Shown here one piece after another: positions 38,196-48,560 of a stretch of DNA of 64,000 nucleotides. The number at the start of each line of letters is the position of its first letter. Position 1 is the stretch's first letter. The notes under the pieces are model-generated. The model worked only from the letters and a program-made list of their open reading frames with translations, had not been told where the DNA came from and did not search any database. Source of the DNA: Thermoproteota archaeon (GTDB lineage: Archaea > Thermoproteota > Bathyarchaeia > Bathyarchaeales > Bathyarchaeaceae); the NCBI GenBank assembly GCA_042565955.1, contig JBHORG010000008.1:1258-65257 (forward strand), written 5' to 3'. The position numbers and the translations under genes are program-made.

Positions 38196-38506
38196 ATTTT
38201 ATTAAATCCTCCCTAATTCGCTGTTGTAATAGGGGAAGTTCGATCGTTTTATCTCAGTTTTTTTCAAATTGGGAGTTTCCTCCGTTGGGCGGGTACCATC
38301 CAACCCTAAAAGTTGGTCTCCTTAATTAAGCCTCAAATTTACTTTTGAGAGCTAACAACGTAAACCAGCGCACCCATTAATAAATTTTGCCGTAAAAAAA
38401 ACTGTATCACATTAAGTTTTCGTAGATTATGACTCTCGACCAAAAACTTTCTGTAATCAATAAAGTTTTTAAACAAAAAAATTGATCATGCATTAAATTT
38501 ATACAG

Positions 38507-39019
38507 TTACTCTTTTTCTGATTCTTCTAATTTCTGTTTTTCCAAAGTACCAGAATAGATTCTAGAAGAAACCCCGGCAATTAACCCGCCGATTGCATCG
38601 TTAGCAATTGGACCAAGTTTCCTCAGAATTCCTGGTTTAGCCTGATCATATCTTATGAACTCAAAAATGCCCCTAGCTCCAGCAATGTAATCAGCTATAG
38701 TCATGCCTAAGTATTCATCAACAATTAGTCCCGGACGGCCGTTAAACTGTTCTTTAGGAAGAAGTGGAATCAAACCTGCTTGTCCATCCTCTTCTGCGCG
38801 AAAGCAAGCCACTTCTAAAACTGCAATGTTTACATCTGTTAGTGCTTCGTAGAAGCCAGCTTTGAAAAGCTCGACTGCTTTCTCTCGTGTTTCTACAGCG
38901 GGATGTGGAATGAATAGTTCCAGTGCCGTGTCTAGTAAGTCCTTTAAAGTAACTCCATGCTCTTCGAGATATTTGAGTAGAGGCAAGTCATGGAACTTGG
39001 TTTCCAAATTCTTCACCAA
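38507..39019 (-). CDS. soluble PgpA-like phosphatase, possibly CobZ-type alpha-ribazole-phosphate phosphatase
   Basis: 170 aa with PgpA-like motifs (IVDEYLGMTIAD, NDAIGGLIAGV). It is divergent from an archaeal-type cobT. The CobZ assignment rests on context plus recalled literature. Confidence 0.5.
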   Translation of the reverse strand: MVKNLETKFHDLPLLKYLEEHGVTLKDLLDTALELFIPHPAVETREKAVELFKAGFYEALTDVNIAVLEVACFRAEEDGQAGLIPLLPKEQFNGRPGLIVDEYLGMTIADYIAGARGIFEFIRYDQAKPGILRKLGPIANDAIGGLIAGVSSRIYSGTLEKQKLEESEKE

Positions 39020-39127
39020 AGTTGATTTGTTAGTTATGGATATATTTTCAGTAAGAAATTTAAATTATCTGTTAGATAGTCCATCCTCCACATAGAATAG
39101 ATCCATATACTGTTTGTGGAATGAAAA

Positions 39128-40219
39128 ATGCGTGACATAATATTAGCAAACAACAAAACAAGAAGCATAGAAATGCTAAGCCAGTTAGCAGAAAAGAAAA
39201 CTCTTTTCACATGTGTTATAGGTGTAACTGAAACAGCGAAGATTCCAGGCATATCAGCAGCTGGGGCGAATCCAGAAATAACAGATTATACACCCCCCGC
39301 CGACGTCGAACTAATGCACCTTGGAAAATGTAAATGTATACAGGGTGTACCTGTAACACCCGATGGAATCCCAACTCCTGCTTTGATTACGATGTCTGCA
39401 TTGAAAATGGCGGACATACCTAGTCTTGTGGTAAGTGCGGGTCTGAGAGTCAAGCCGCAGGTTCCTTTTTTGGAGTTGGGGGGCTGTCCTGGAAGAGATA
39501 TTAGAACGGGCAAAGCTCTCGAGAACGCCGAAGAGGTTATGGGTAGGGCATTAATTGCTGGAGAAAACTTGTCGAAGATTATTGATTATCTTGTGGTTGG
39601 TGAAAGTATTCCAGGAGGTACCACAACAGCCCTAAGCGTCCTGTTGGCTATGGGAGTAGATGCGAAAGGAAGGATAAGCAGCAGCATGCAATTTAATCCC
39701 CATGAACTTAAAATAAGAACAGCAGAAATGGGACTTGATGCCGCGGGAGTTAAGGAAGGCGAATTTGCAGATGATCCAATAAAAGCAATTTCTACGGTTG
39801 GGGACCCGATGCAACCCGCTGTGGCAGGACTAGTAATGGGTGCCGCAAAAAAAATTCCAGTCATCATGGCTGGAGGAACCCAGATGGTTGCTGTGTTGGC
39901 TGTTGTTAAGGCGTTAAATCCAGACATTCTAGCCAACGTGACAATCGGAACTACACGGTGGATAATAAACGACAAAACCTCTGATCTCAAAGGACTGGTT
40001 TCTAAGATTGCTGATGTTCCAGTATTGGCTGTGGACTTAGATTTTAGACATTCACAATTTGATGGTTTGAAAGCATACGAAGCAGGTGTTGTAAAAGAGG
40101 GGGTTGGATGTGGTGGAGCATCAATAGCCGCTATTTTAAAAACGAACAACTCAATAACCAAAGATAGCCTATTGCATGAAATTGAAAAAAACTACAAGAA
40201 ACTAGTAGGCTCAACATAA
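39128..40219 (+). CDS. cobT: archaeal-type nicotinate-nucleotide:dimethylbenzimidazole phosphoribosyltransferase (CobT, UPF0284 family)
   Basis: 363 aa with the pattern FTCVIGVTETAKIPGISAAGANPE...VGESIPGGTT...GDPMQP typical of the archaeal CobT family. Confidence 0.75.
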   Translation: MRDIILANNKTRSIEMLSQLAEKKTLFTCVIGVTETAKIPGISAAGANPEITDYTPPADVELMHLGKCKCIQGVPVTPDGIPTPALITMSALKMADIPSLVVSAGLRVKPQVPFLELGGCPGRDIRTGKALENAEEVMGRALIAGENLSKIIDYLVVGESIPGGTTTALSVLLAMGVDAKGRISSSMQFNPHELKIRTAEMGLDAAGVKEGEFADDPIKAISTVGDPMQPAVAGLVMGAAKKIPVIMAGGTQMVAVLAVVKALNPDILANVTIGTTRWIINDKTSDLKGLVSKIADVPVLAVDLDFRHSQFDGLKAYEAGVVKEGVGCGGASIAAILKTNNSITKDSLLHEIEKNYKKLVGST

Positions 40220-40234
40220 CTAATTCTGCTTGGT

Positions 40235-41008
40235 TTATGGGATTTTGTGGGCTTCAACTTGTATGCTAGTTATTTTTCCCTTCAGTTCCTGAGAAACGTC
40301 TATGGTGTAGGGTTTTGCAGAAACTACCTTGATATTCTTGAATCCTGCTTGTTTTATCTTGTCTAAATAATCATTTTTCTTGAGAGCTCCTGCGATACAT
40401 CCTGCCCAAGCATCAAAGCTTCTCCGGACAGCTTCGGGTAATTCTCCTTCGGTCACAAGGTCAGAAACCATAAGTCTGCCATTTGATTTTAGAACACGAT
40501 ATGATTCTTTGAATACTTTGAGCTTGTCTGGAGCTAAGTTAATCACGCAATTGCTGATGATCACATCTACACTTGCGTCCTCAATAGGCAGAACTTCTAT
40601 TTCTCCTAAACGGAACTCAACATTCGTGTAGCCATGCTTAATCGCTGCTGTTTTAGCTCTATCTAGCATCTCTTTGGTCATGTCCACGCCGATTACTTTT
40701 CCTTGTGGTCCCACTTTCTTGGATGCTAAAAAGACGTCGATCCCCCCACCTGAACCCAGGTCTAGAACTGTTTCGCCTTCCTTCAAACTTGCTAATGCAA
40801 CAGGATTTCCACAACCTAAACCTAAAACTGACTCTTCCGGAACACTTTCTATGTCAGTAGGGGAATAACCAAGTTTCCATGCAACATATTGTAGAGGAGT
40901 TCCATAACTCGAGGATGAACAGCAAGACGAAGAACAACTGGAGCAATCGGTTTTTGCTATCTCCCCGTACCTTTTTTTCACATGTTCTTTTACTTTCTCA
41001 TTTTCCAT
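40235..41008 (-). CDS. arsM: arsenite S-adenosylmethionine methyltransferase-like
   Basis: 257 aa with an N-terminal Cys-rich stretch ([13 protein letters not shown]), the SAM motif [11 protein letters not shown] and a position directly downstream of acr3. Confidence 0.75.
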   Translation of the reverse strand: MENEKVKEHVKKRYGEIAKTDCSSCSSSCCSSSSYGTPLQYVAWKLGYSPTDIESVPEESVLGLGCGNPVALASLKEGETVLDLGSGGGIDVFLASKKVGPQGKVIGVDMTKEMLDRAKTAAIKHGYTNVEFRLGEIEVLPIEDASVDVIISNCVINLAPDKLKVFKESYRVLKSNGRLMVSDLVTEGELPEAVRRSFDAWAGCIAGALKKNDYLDKIKQAGFKNIKVVSAKPYTIDVSQELKGKITSIQVEAHKIP

Positions 41009-41014
41009 ATTTTT

Positions 41015-42052
41015 TCACCTTTTTTGTTTATCTTTTTTCCAGAATCCTCTTTGCCCCAACTTTTTGCCAAGATATACTAGGCTTAACATTATGGGTACTT
41101 CCCAAAATAAGCCCATTGTTGTTCCGAGCGTTGCTTGAGACCCTAGACCGTAAAGGCTGATAGCTGTGGCAATCGCAATCTCAAAGTGGCTGGAAGAACC
41201 GATGATAACCGATATTATTCCTTCTTTGTATCTGAGTCCGGCAAACTTGGTGACTATTAGGTTGACGCCTACAATTATGAAGAAACCGAGCAGTAACGGA
41301 ACTGAAACTAAAAGCATTTCTTCTGGATGCTCTAATAACACATTCCCGTTAAGAGAGAATATAACAATCAAAGTTGCCAGCAGGGCGATTATAGCTATTT
41401 TTCCTGCAGCTGGACGGTAGGTCTTTTCAAACCATTCCACACCCTTTCTGTTTGTTATTGTCTTTCTCGATATGTAACCTAGAACCAATGGGATTCCTAT
41501 GAAAACAAAGACAGACAAAAGTAGAGATACCCTATCAATCTGAATATTTCGAATGCCAGTTAAGAACGAAACAACAGGCGCATACAGAAACATTATCGTT
41601 ACTGTGTTCAAGGTGGTGTTGACAACGTTTTGTTCCTGGTTCCCGTTTGCCAATCCGCCCCAAACCAGAACCATGGCAGTACAGGGACTTGAGCCAAGCA
41701 GAATCAAAGAAACAATTAACTGATCATTACCCGCTAAGAAATAATAAGCGAGAAAAGCTGATAACAGTGGAGCCCATATCCAATTTGAAATAAGGGTTAA
41801 GATGATGGGTTTTGGATTGTTGGCTAGCTTTTTTAGTTCACTGAATTGTAGATTTAGGAGAGCTGGATACATCATGAGAAATAGGCAAATACCTATGGGT
41901 ATAGATATTCCAACGAATTGTAGGTTATTGATTCCAATACTTAACTCGGGGATAATTTGTGAAAGAAAAAGCCCTGTTAACATGCAAATGAAAACCCAAA
42001 GGGCTAGATACTTTTCGAAAACGTTTAGGTGCACTATACTTTTGTTCCCCAA
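41015..42052 (-). CDS. acr3: ACR3-family arsenite efflux permease
   Basis: 345 aa with about 10 TM segments, an N-terminal LNVFEKYLALWVFICM and a conserved PCTAMV region. Confidence 0.85.
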   Translation of the reverse strand: MGNKSIVHLNVFEKYLALWVFICMLTGLFLSQIIPELSIGINNLQFVGISIPIGICLFLMMYPALLNLQFSELKKLANNPKPIILTLISNWIWAPLLSAFLAYYFLAGNDQLIVSLILLGSSPCTAMVLVWGGLANGNQEQNVVNTTLNTVTIMFLYAPVVSFLTGIRNIQIDRVSLLLSVFVFIGIPLVLGYISRKTITNRKGVEWFEKTYRPAAGKIAIIALLATLIVIFSLNGNVLLEHPEEMLLVSVPLLLGFFIIVGVNLIVTKFAGLRYKEGIISVIIGSSSHFEIAIATAISLYGLGSQATLGTTMGLFWEVPIMLSLVYLGKKLGQRGFWKKDKQKR

Positions 42053-42368
42053 GTTTATTCCCCAAAAAAGAGGATTATCAACTGGTTTCCTGTAATAGTG
42101 ACTTCAATAATTGCTTCTTCATTATATTGAAATCTCAATTTAGAACCAACTATCATCCAAATCACGCCCATTTATCTAATCCATCATTAATCCATATAAC
42201 AAAATTATGGTAGATTCCTTTTAGTTTTGGGTTAAATTTAAACATCGTAGATAACGTATGTGACCAGCCCAAAGGAATCTTACCATTCTTTCCCGGGAAA
42301 AAAGTTAACTAATGAATGCAATCTAAACAAAAACACGTCCTAATTAGACTTCATTTTGGAAAACTGTT

Positions 42369-43471
42369 TCACATCTTATTTCTAACAAAGGTTACAATAG
42401 CCAAAATAGCTACAACGGACAAGATTATGCTGTAAGTGGATGCAATAGAAGAACCAAAGTGCTCCCACAAGATTCCGACCACAGCATTAGAAACAAAGAA
42501 TGCCGAGCCAACAAGAAGATAATATACTCTATATGCAGTACCCCGCAAGCTTTCTCTTACATAATCTGGAATTAAGGCCCTCTGAACGGTCTCAACAATT
42601 CCGAGATATGCACCATAAACCACAGCAACCATTAGAGCAACAATACCACTCACGGGAAGCAACATCAGAAGAGCAGATGAAAGAAAAACGCAATACCCCA
42701 AAACCATAACTTTCTCCTTACCCACCCTGTCAGACAAAACACCAGCAGGAATCGCTATAGCAACATGTGCAACATTAACCGCTGCATAAACCAGAGGAAT
42801 AAAGGAGTCTACAATTCCAGCTTCCCCAGCATTAAGAAGAACAAAAGAAAAATTGAATGCTCCTAAAGAAAAAATACCGACAACAACTAGAAGTCAAAAA
42901 AAGTCTCCTTGTAATACAGACTTGACACCATCAAGCAACCGAAACTCACAATCAGATTTACTTTTCCGCTCTTTAATTAGAAATAGAATAAGCATTAATG
43001 CAATTGCGCCGGGAATTAGGGATAACCAGAAGACATCTCTTAGGGTGAAGCCCAGAATGAGCATTGCTACTGAAGCGATCACAGGCCCCACAATAGCGCC
43101 TACCTTATCAAGAGTCCGATGTAAACCTAAAGCAGCACCCCGATGGTTCTCAGAAACAGACTCACAAAGAAGAGCATCACGAGGGGAGGTACGAATACCT
43201 TTCCCAATACGATCAGTAACTCTAATAAAAAAACATCAAACGGCACCCTGGCCTCAGCAAAAAGAGGTTTAATAACATTCGACAAAGAGTACCCAATCAA
43301 AATAAACAACTTCCGTTTTCTGAACTTGTCAGAAAAAATTCCCGAAACAGCACGCAACGCATAACTCAAAGCCTCAGCAGATCCCTCAATCAGTCCCAAC
43401 AATGCTTTGCTTGAGCCAGGCAATCCTAAAAGAAAAGCGGGTAAAAGACTGAAAACCATTTCACTGGACAT
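42369..43471 (-). pseudogene. MFS transporter disrupted by one frameshift and one in-frame TGA
   Basis: Three track ORFs (43127..43471, 42894..43091, 42369..42737) are colinear MFS pieces (GIFSDKFRKRK; RIGKGIRTSPRDALL readable after a frame change at an A7/T7 run near 43230; LSDRVGKEKV). The last two ORFs share a frame and are separated by the TGA at 42894-42896. Confidence 0.75.
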
Positions 43472-43720
43472 ATCTGTAAAAAAACTAACAAATCCTAAAG
43501 CAAATATATTCTTACCCGATTACCTTTCGAGTTTTTTTCCGTTCTCTGCTTTCCCCATCCAACATTTCTCCATGAACCCAAGTTGGACTTTTTTTTCCAG
43601 TACTTGTTGCAGCTTCTCCACTAATAATGTTAAACGTAGCTCATAACAAAAATTCACACTACAGAACAGGAAATGTGGCTTGATAGCACGAAAGACTACA
43701 TGTTTAATAAGATAAAATAG

Positions 43721-43798
43721 TGGCGCCCTGGCCGGGATTTGAACCCGGGTCGGGCGGGCGACAGCCGCCTATACTAGGCCTGACTATACTACCAGGGC
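43721..43798 (-). tRNA. tRNA-Asp (GTC), 3' CCA encoded
   Basis: Hand-folded: GCCCTGG/CCAGGGC acceptor, GGCGG-CTGTCGC-CCGCC anticodon arm, CCGGG-TTCAAAT-CCCGG T arm, discriminator G, then CCA. Confidence 0.9.
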
Positions 43799-44427
43799 AT
43801 CCAATTCCCTAACAAGAACCGGACTTGTACTTAAATTTTTCATTCTAATAAACATAATCAAAAAAGGACATTCAGTTAACCTCTTAATATCACGAAATTT
43901 TGATTAATATTGCAGTATAAACTATGACAAAAAAAGACGAAAAAATAAGGACTAAATTCCATAGAATGAACAAATAAAATAGTAATATTGTTGACACCGA
44001 TTGGTTCACTGGACTATATATATAGACTCATACCGCACAAGATTGATAAATTGTGTGACCCTGTCTTTATTTGAGCCTCACTGTAGAGTTTTGGGGAAAA
44101 AAGAAGATGTTGAGTCCGGGTGTAATTGAGGCCTTAGGTCAAATAATGGTTGGTTTGAAGTCATCGGAGATGGGGTAACCTTTTTTTCCGGCTTCATCTT
44201 AGAAACCATCGGACTCCAATTTTCGCAACAACTCATACAGATAGCAACAATCCTGATTCTTCTCTCTGTTGTCTGGAGAATAGGTTCCAAAGTCACCAGC
44301 TCCATTTTCTTGTTCTTCATCATGGTTCAAGCAATGAGCTTCGTGGGTGCCGTCTAAGAACAAACTATCTATATCTGGAAAGGAATCTAGACAAAACTAC
44401 AAATTATTCAAAGCAAATGAGGATACT

Positions 44428-45798
44428 TTAGATGTTTGCAAGTTTTAGTATTTCTTTTATGTCGGGTTCAACGGTTATTGGCATGTTAGCGAATCGATTT
44501 TCTGGATTGAAGTGATAATCCACTATTGCCGTGACATCCTTGAGAATATGACCTGTCGCTATACCGACTACTGTATCATTGGATTTTATTGTGCCTTGTT
44601 CTACCAGTTTCTTGGATCCTGCAACTGTTGCAGCTGAAGCAGGTTCACATCCGAAACCATTCTTGCTCACCATTGCCATTGCATCCATTATGGCTTCGTC
44701 AGAAACCTTCGTTACAACACCGTCAGTGAATTCTAGTGTTCGTAGCGCCTTCTTTAAATTCACAGGTTTTAGAATCTCGATTGCACTTGCTCTCGTCTTT
44801 GCCTTAACACCCTTTCTATCCACCTCACCATAGTATCCATCGATGATGCTGTTATCGATGTTTCCCATGTTCCACCTCAACTCATGTTCATTATATAGGT
44901 CAGACAAAGTAGGTGCACCCTCTGCGACAATCACTGCCATCTGCGGCTTCTTCTTTATCCAACCATACTCGTAGAGCTCAATGAACGCCTTACCAAAAGC
45001 CGAAGTGTTACCCAGGTTTCCTCCAGGAAACACAATCCAATCTGGAACTTCCCATCGCAAATAATCAAGCATTCTAAACATTATAGTCTTCTGGCCTTCA
45101 AGCCTAAACGAGTTAAGAGAATTCACCACGTAAATACTGCTCTCTTTCGAAAGTGCCTTAACCATAGCCATAGCCACATCAAAATCGCCTTTCACTTGAA
45201 GAACCTTAGCATCATAAGCAAGAGATTGAGCAAGCTTACCTTTGGCAATCTTTCCCTCCCCAACAAGAATCACAGCCTGCATATCCAACTCATTCGCAGC
45301 AAACGCAGCAGCAGAACTTGAAGTATTCCCAGTAGAGGCACAAACAACTTTCTTGGCTCCAACCATCCTTGCATGTGTAAAAGCCGATGCCATACCATTA
45401 TCTTTGAAAGAGCCTGTCGGGTTATCACCCTCAAACTGTAACCAGAAGTTTTCAGTTTTCATGCCAACGTAATTAGCAACTTGGGTTAAATAGAACGGTT
45501 TTGTTCGGCCTTCAGCCCCGTCTAGAGAAACTAGTTTTTTGGAGTAATCAGAGTAATTCTCTGTTTCCACTCCAACAAAATTAAGTAACTCACGATATCG
45601 CCAAACACCACTTTCATTAAAGATATTCTGTTCATGATTTAGGCGTTCACGAAACGTTTCTTGCAAACTTTTCGGAAAATCACCTTTGTATTTGACATCA
45701 AGAAGTTCTCCACAGTCACATGTGGTTCTTCGATCTATGATAGTGTACTTTTTTCCGCAACTAGGAACAATACATTGAAGCCAGCTTTCGGTCTTCAT
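44428..45798 (-). CDS. thrC: threonine synthase (with N-terminal zinc ribbon)
   Basis: 456 aa with the PLP-lysine motif (TGSFKDNGM), GNTSSSAAAFA and an N-terminal CxxC...CxC. Confidence 0.9.
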   Translation of the reverse strand: MKTESWLQCIVPSCGKKYTIIDRRTTCDCGELLDVKYKGDFPKSLQETFRERLNHEQNIFNESGVWRYRELLNFVGVETENYSDYSKKLVSLDGAEGRTKPFYLTQVANYVGMKTENFWLQFEGDNPTGSFKDNGMASAFTHARMVGAKKVVCASTGNTSSSAAAFAANELDMQAVILVGEGKIAKGKLAQSLAYDAKVLQVKGDFDVAMAMVKALSKESSIYVVNSLNSFRLEGQKTIMFRMLDYLRWEVPDWIVFPGGNLGNTSAFGKAFIELYEYGWIKKKPQMAVIVAEGAPTLSDLYNEHELRWNMGNIDNSIIDGYYGEVDRKGVKAKTRASAIEILKPVNLKKALRTLEFTDGVVTKVSDEAIMDAMAMVSKNGFGCEPASAATVAGSKKLVEQGTIKSNDTVVGIATGHILKDVTAIVDYHFNPENRFANMPITVEPDIKEILKLANI

Positions 45799-45923
45799 AG
45801 AAATTTAATCTCCCGAATTCTCGTTTATACATGAGATTTGCTTTTCATTTACTCCACTTTAAGAGTACAATCAACAAAAAGCACAGCAAAGCTCTTAAAT
45901 GTTGTACGATAAATTCGCGCAGT

Positions 45924-47498
45924 ATGGCTAAAAAAAGTAGCACGGCACCTCCGACAAAAGGGATTCCTATAGTTCTCACGGGTTCAACGACAGAAATGAG
46001 CGATTTTAAACTCAATCCAATCAGAGCATTTACCGGAGGATTTCCAACAGCTATCATCCCAAGATTCATACTGAGAAGATATTGGTACCCGAGAGTTCCC
46101 AAAAACGAAGACTATACCGCAAAATTTGCGGCCTATGGAATACGAAAAATCGAAGCTGTTCTAATCAAAGAGTTCGGTGAAGAAAAAGTTGCAGTAGTGC
46201 ACCCTTATGACTTAAAAAAAGTTGTTGGACCCAACACAAAAGTTGTTGGAATAACTTCAATGGAGCCAGTTGGAACAGGTTTTGTCAGTAGAACATACAC
46301 TTCCCTTGTAGGTTTCGGCGGAGAACCCGTGGCTGCCGCTGAATTCAGAAACCTAATAACAAAACCAATTCTGAGAAAGTGGGGTGCCAAGATAATTCTT
46401 GGTGGATCAGGATCATGGCAGATTCATAAGGCAAAGCTACAAAAGACGTATGGAATCGACTGTATTGTCTTGGGTGAAGGCGAAAAGACAGCATTGGAGA
46501 TTTTCCGCAAGGCATTAAAGGGTGAAAAACTTCCAAAAGTAGTTGAAACAAAGTCTCCAGATCCAATGGAGATCTGTACCATTGTGAAGCCGTCGATCTT
46601 CGGCACTGTAGAGATTACACGTGGTTGTGGTCGTGCCTGTAAGTTCTGCTCACCAATGATGCGAAGACGCTACTCATTTCCTTTGGAACATATCATGCAG
46701 GAAGTCAAATTAAACGCAAAAAATGGGACAAGAATGATAATTTTGGCAAGTGAAGACATCTTCCTGTATCAATGTAATGATAAGTTTTTACCAAACCACC
46801 AAGCAATCGTCAAATTAATCAACTCAATCGCTTCAATCCCAGAGGTAGAGTTTATTCAACCAGCTCATGCGGCTTTGGCACCTGTTGTGTACAACCCTGA
46901 GATGATTGAAGAAATTGGGCCAGTTCTCCTCAAGAAGTCATTTTGGATTACCAATGGAACTCGGCATAGCTCATTTGAAGTGGGAATTGAAACGGGAAGT
47001 ATTCGTCTTATGAAGAAGTATATGGCGGGAAAGATGCTTCCATACAAACCTGAAGAGTGGCAAGATGTGGTTACTAAAGCAGTTGATATCATGAATGAGA
47101 ATTACATCTGGCCGTTGGGAACGTTAATTATTGGTTTGCCTGAAGAAACAGAAGAGGACACGATTGCGACGCTTGAACTTGTGGACAAACTGAAGCATAA
47201 AAAAATGTTTTATGTTCCCTTACTGTTCACTTCAGAAGACGATTGTATGCTTAGGGAAGCTGGACACATGGATCTTAACCATCTAACGTCGCTTCAATGG
47301 GAGCTTTTGGCTACATGTTGGAGGCACAATATAGAAATTTTTACTACCAATCTTGCAAAATGGCCATCAAAGGTTGGGGGAATACTTGCGTACACGCTAT
47401 ATTATCGATGGAAACATGGAAAAAAAGTATTGAATCCATTATTGACACTTTCAGGAATGAACCCAGATTATCCAAAAGATAAGAAACTACGAATTTGA
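45924..47498 (+). CDS. radical SAM protein with N-terminal B12-binding-like domain
   Basis: It has the CxxxCxxC motif (RGCGRACKFC). The start was placed at MAKKSSTAPP, since the track start at 45831 adds 31 low-quality residues. Confidence 0.75.
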   Translation: MAKKSSTAPPTKGIPIVLTGSTTEMSDFKLNPIRAFTGGFPTAIIPRFILRRYWYPRVPKNEDYTAKFAAYGIRKIEAVLIKEFGEEKVAVVHPYDLKKVVGPNTKVVGITSMEPVGTGFVSRTYTSLVGFGGEPVAAAEFRNLITKPILRKWGAKIILGGSGSWQIHKAKLQKTYGIDCIVLGEGEKTALEIFRKALKGEKLPKVVETKSPDPMEICTIVKPSIFGTVEITRGCGRACKFCSPMMRRRYSFPLEHIMQEVKLNAKNGTRMIILASEDIFLYQCNDKFLPNHQAIVKLINSIASIPEVEFIQPAHAALAPVVYNPEMIEEIGPVLLKKSFWITNGTRHSSFEVGIETGSIRLMKKYMAGKMLPYKPEEWQDVVTKAVDIMNENYIWPLGTLIIGLPEETEEDTIATLELVDKLKHKKMFYVPLLFTSEDDCMLREAGHMDLNHLTSLQWELLATCWRHNIEIFTTNLAKWPSKVGGILAYTLYYRWKHGKKVLNPLLTLSGMNPDYPKDKKLRI

Positions 47499-47635
47499 TT
47501 TATGTCTTGACCCCATTTCTTGCTTGGAAATTGTTCAGTCGTAACAGTATTAGCTCCAAATCCCTTTGATAAAAAGTGGCGAGTATGGGGAGAAGTAAAA
47601 TAATCGATATACTCTGAATTATTAAAGAATAATAG

Positions 47636-47729
47636 CGGGCCCGAGGGGAATTGAACCCCTGACCCCCGGGTTAAAAGCCCGGTGCTTTAGGCGCAAGTTT
47701 ATTGCTCTTCCTTGCTAAGCTACGGGCCC
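47636..47729 (-). tRNA. tRNA-Lys (TTT) with a ~20-nt insertion in the D-loop (non-canonical intron); no encoded CCA
   Basis: Hand-folded: GGGCCCG/CGGGCCC acceptor, GCTT/AAGC D stem enclosing 29 nt, CCGGG-CTTTTAA-CCCGG anticodon arm, AGGGG-TTCAATT-CCCCT T arm. Total length is 94 nt. Confidence 0.8.
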
Positions 47730-47859
47730 TCTTAGGTTTTGGGATGTGCGATTAAATTAAGGTTTTCTATTCTCATCTGGGAGATCGAATGTAACAATAA
47801 GAAAATAAAAAAAATTTGCGAAAAAGATGAGAAGTTGACCGGCTCGCTTTGTACGATGC

Positions 47860-48351
47860 CTAGTCGCTCTCGTTCCAAGTTTTTTCTAGGTATTTTAGGG
47901 ATAGAGGTTTTACTGTTTTCTCTTCGCCGGTGGCCATAAGGAAGCTCTGTATGTCTTGCAGATTTTCAGCCCATGCCGTTTTCAGGGTGTCTATGAAACT
48001 GGAATAATCGGAGTAATTCTTGTGGAAAGAAATAATAGAGTAATCCATTCCCATACCTTCGCCTCCTGCGGCGAAAACAACGTTTGGGTTATTCATAGCC
48101 CACTTCTTTGCTTTCTCATTTATTTTGGGCTGTCCTTTGCCTTTGACTAAAGTCATGGCCATAATCTCGAATCCAAGCTCAGTCCAATCAGGTATAACTG
48201 TGTAATCTACTATTGCTGTTTTCTCTAGCCTTTGTCTCATCCGAGTTATTGTTGGTTGTGAAACTCCAATGATTTTGGCGATTTCCCTGTCGCTTCTCTT
48301 AGCGTTCTTCATAAGCTCAAACAGAAGCTTGAGCATTCTTTTCTTCATCAT
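47860..48351 (-). CDS. Lrp/AsnC-type HTH transcriptional regulator
   Basis: HTH segment LLFELMKNAKRSDREIAKIIGVSQPTITRMRQRLEK. The start was placed at the MMKKRM methionines, since the track start at 48462 adds an implausible 37 aa. Confidence 0.7.
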   Translation of the reverse strand: MMKKRMLKLLFELMKNAKRSDREIAKIIGVSQPTITRMRQRLEKTAIVDYTVIPDWTELGFEIMAMTLVKGKGQPKINEKAKKWAMNNPNVVFAAGGEGMGMDYSIISFHKNYSDYSSFIDTLKTAWAENLQDIQSFLMATGEEKTVKPLSLKYLEKTWNESD

Positions 48352-48560
48352 GGCTACAGATTCACAATAGGGACAAATAAAAACATTATGCAAAACAGAT
48401 GACTGCGAATATGACTTAAATAAACATAAAAACGAAAATCTTATTAAATACCATGTATCCAAAAAAAATTCACAGCTTATTTGTCTTCATCTTCTTGAAT
48501 AAAAGGTTCTTAGACTTTCGAAACTTGAAACATTAAACAAAACCGCAGGACATCAAGAAG

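Noticed and set aside
39586-40161. 191-aa minus-strand ORF inside cobT, and similar long antisense ORFs at 18666..19127 (in hypB), 27006..27455 (in the polyferredoxin), 12013..12480 (in the nfnB-like gene), 61304..61747 (in cca), and 61868..62167 and 61880..62173 (in zupT)
   Set aside because: Each is fully nested opposite a gene with clear family motifs. Their translations are Ser/Pro/Thr/Ala-rich or otherwise non-protein-like.
44078-44323. 81-aa minus-strand ORF, and a hydrophobic plus-strand open frame, in the 630-bp spacer between tRNA-Asp and thrC
   Set aside because: The 81-aa product is low-complexity with no motifs. The plus-strand hydrophobic frame has no usable start codon. I left the spacer unannotated.
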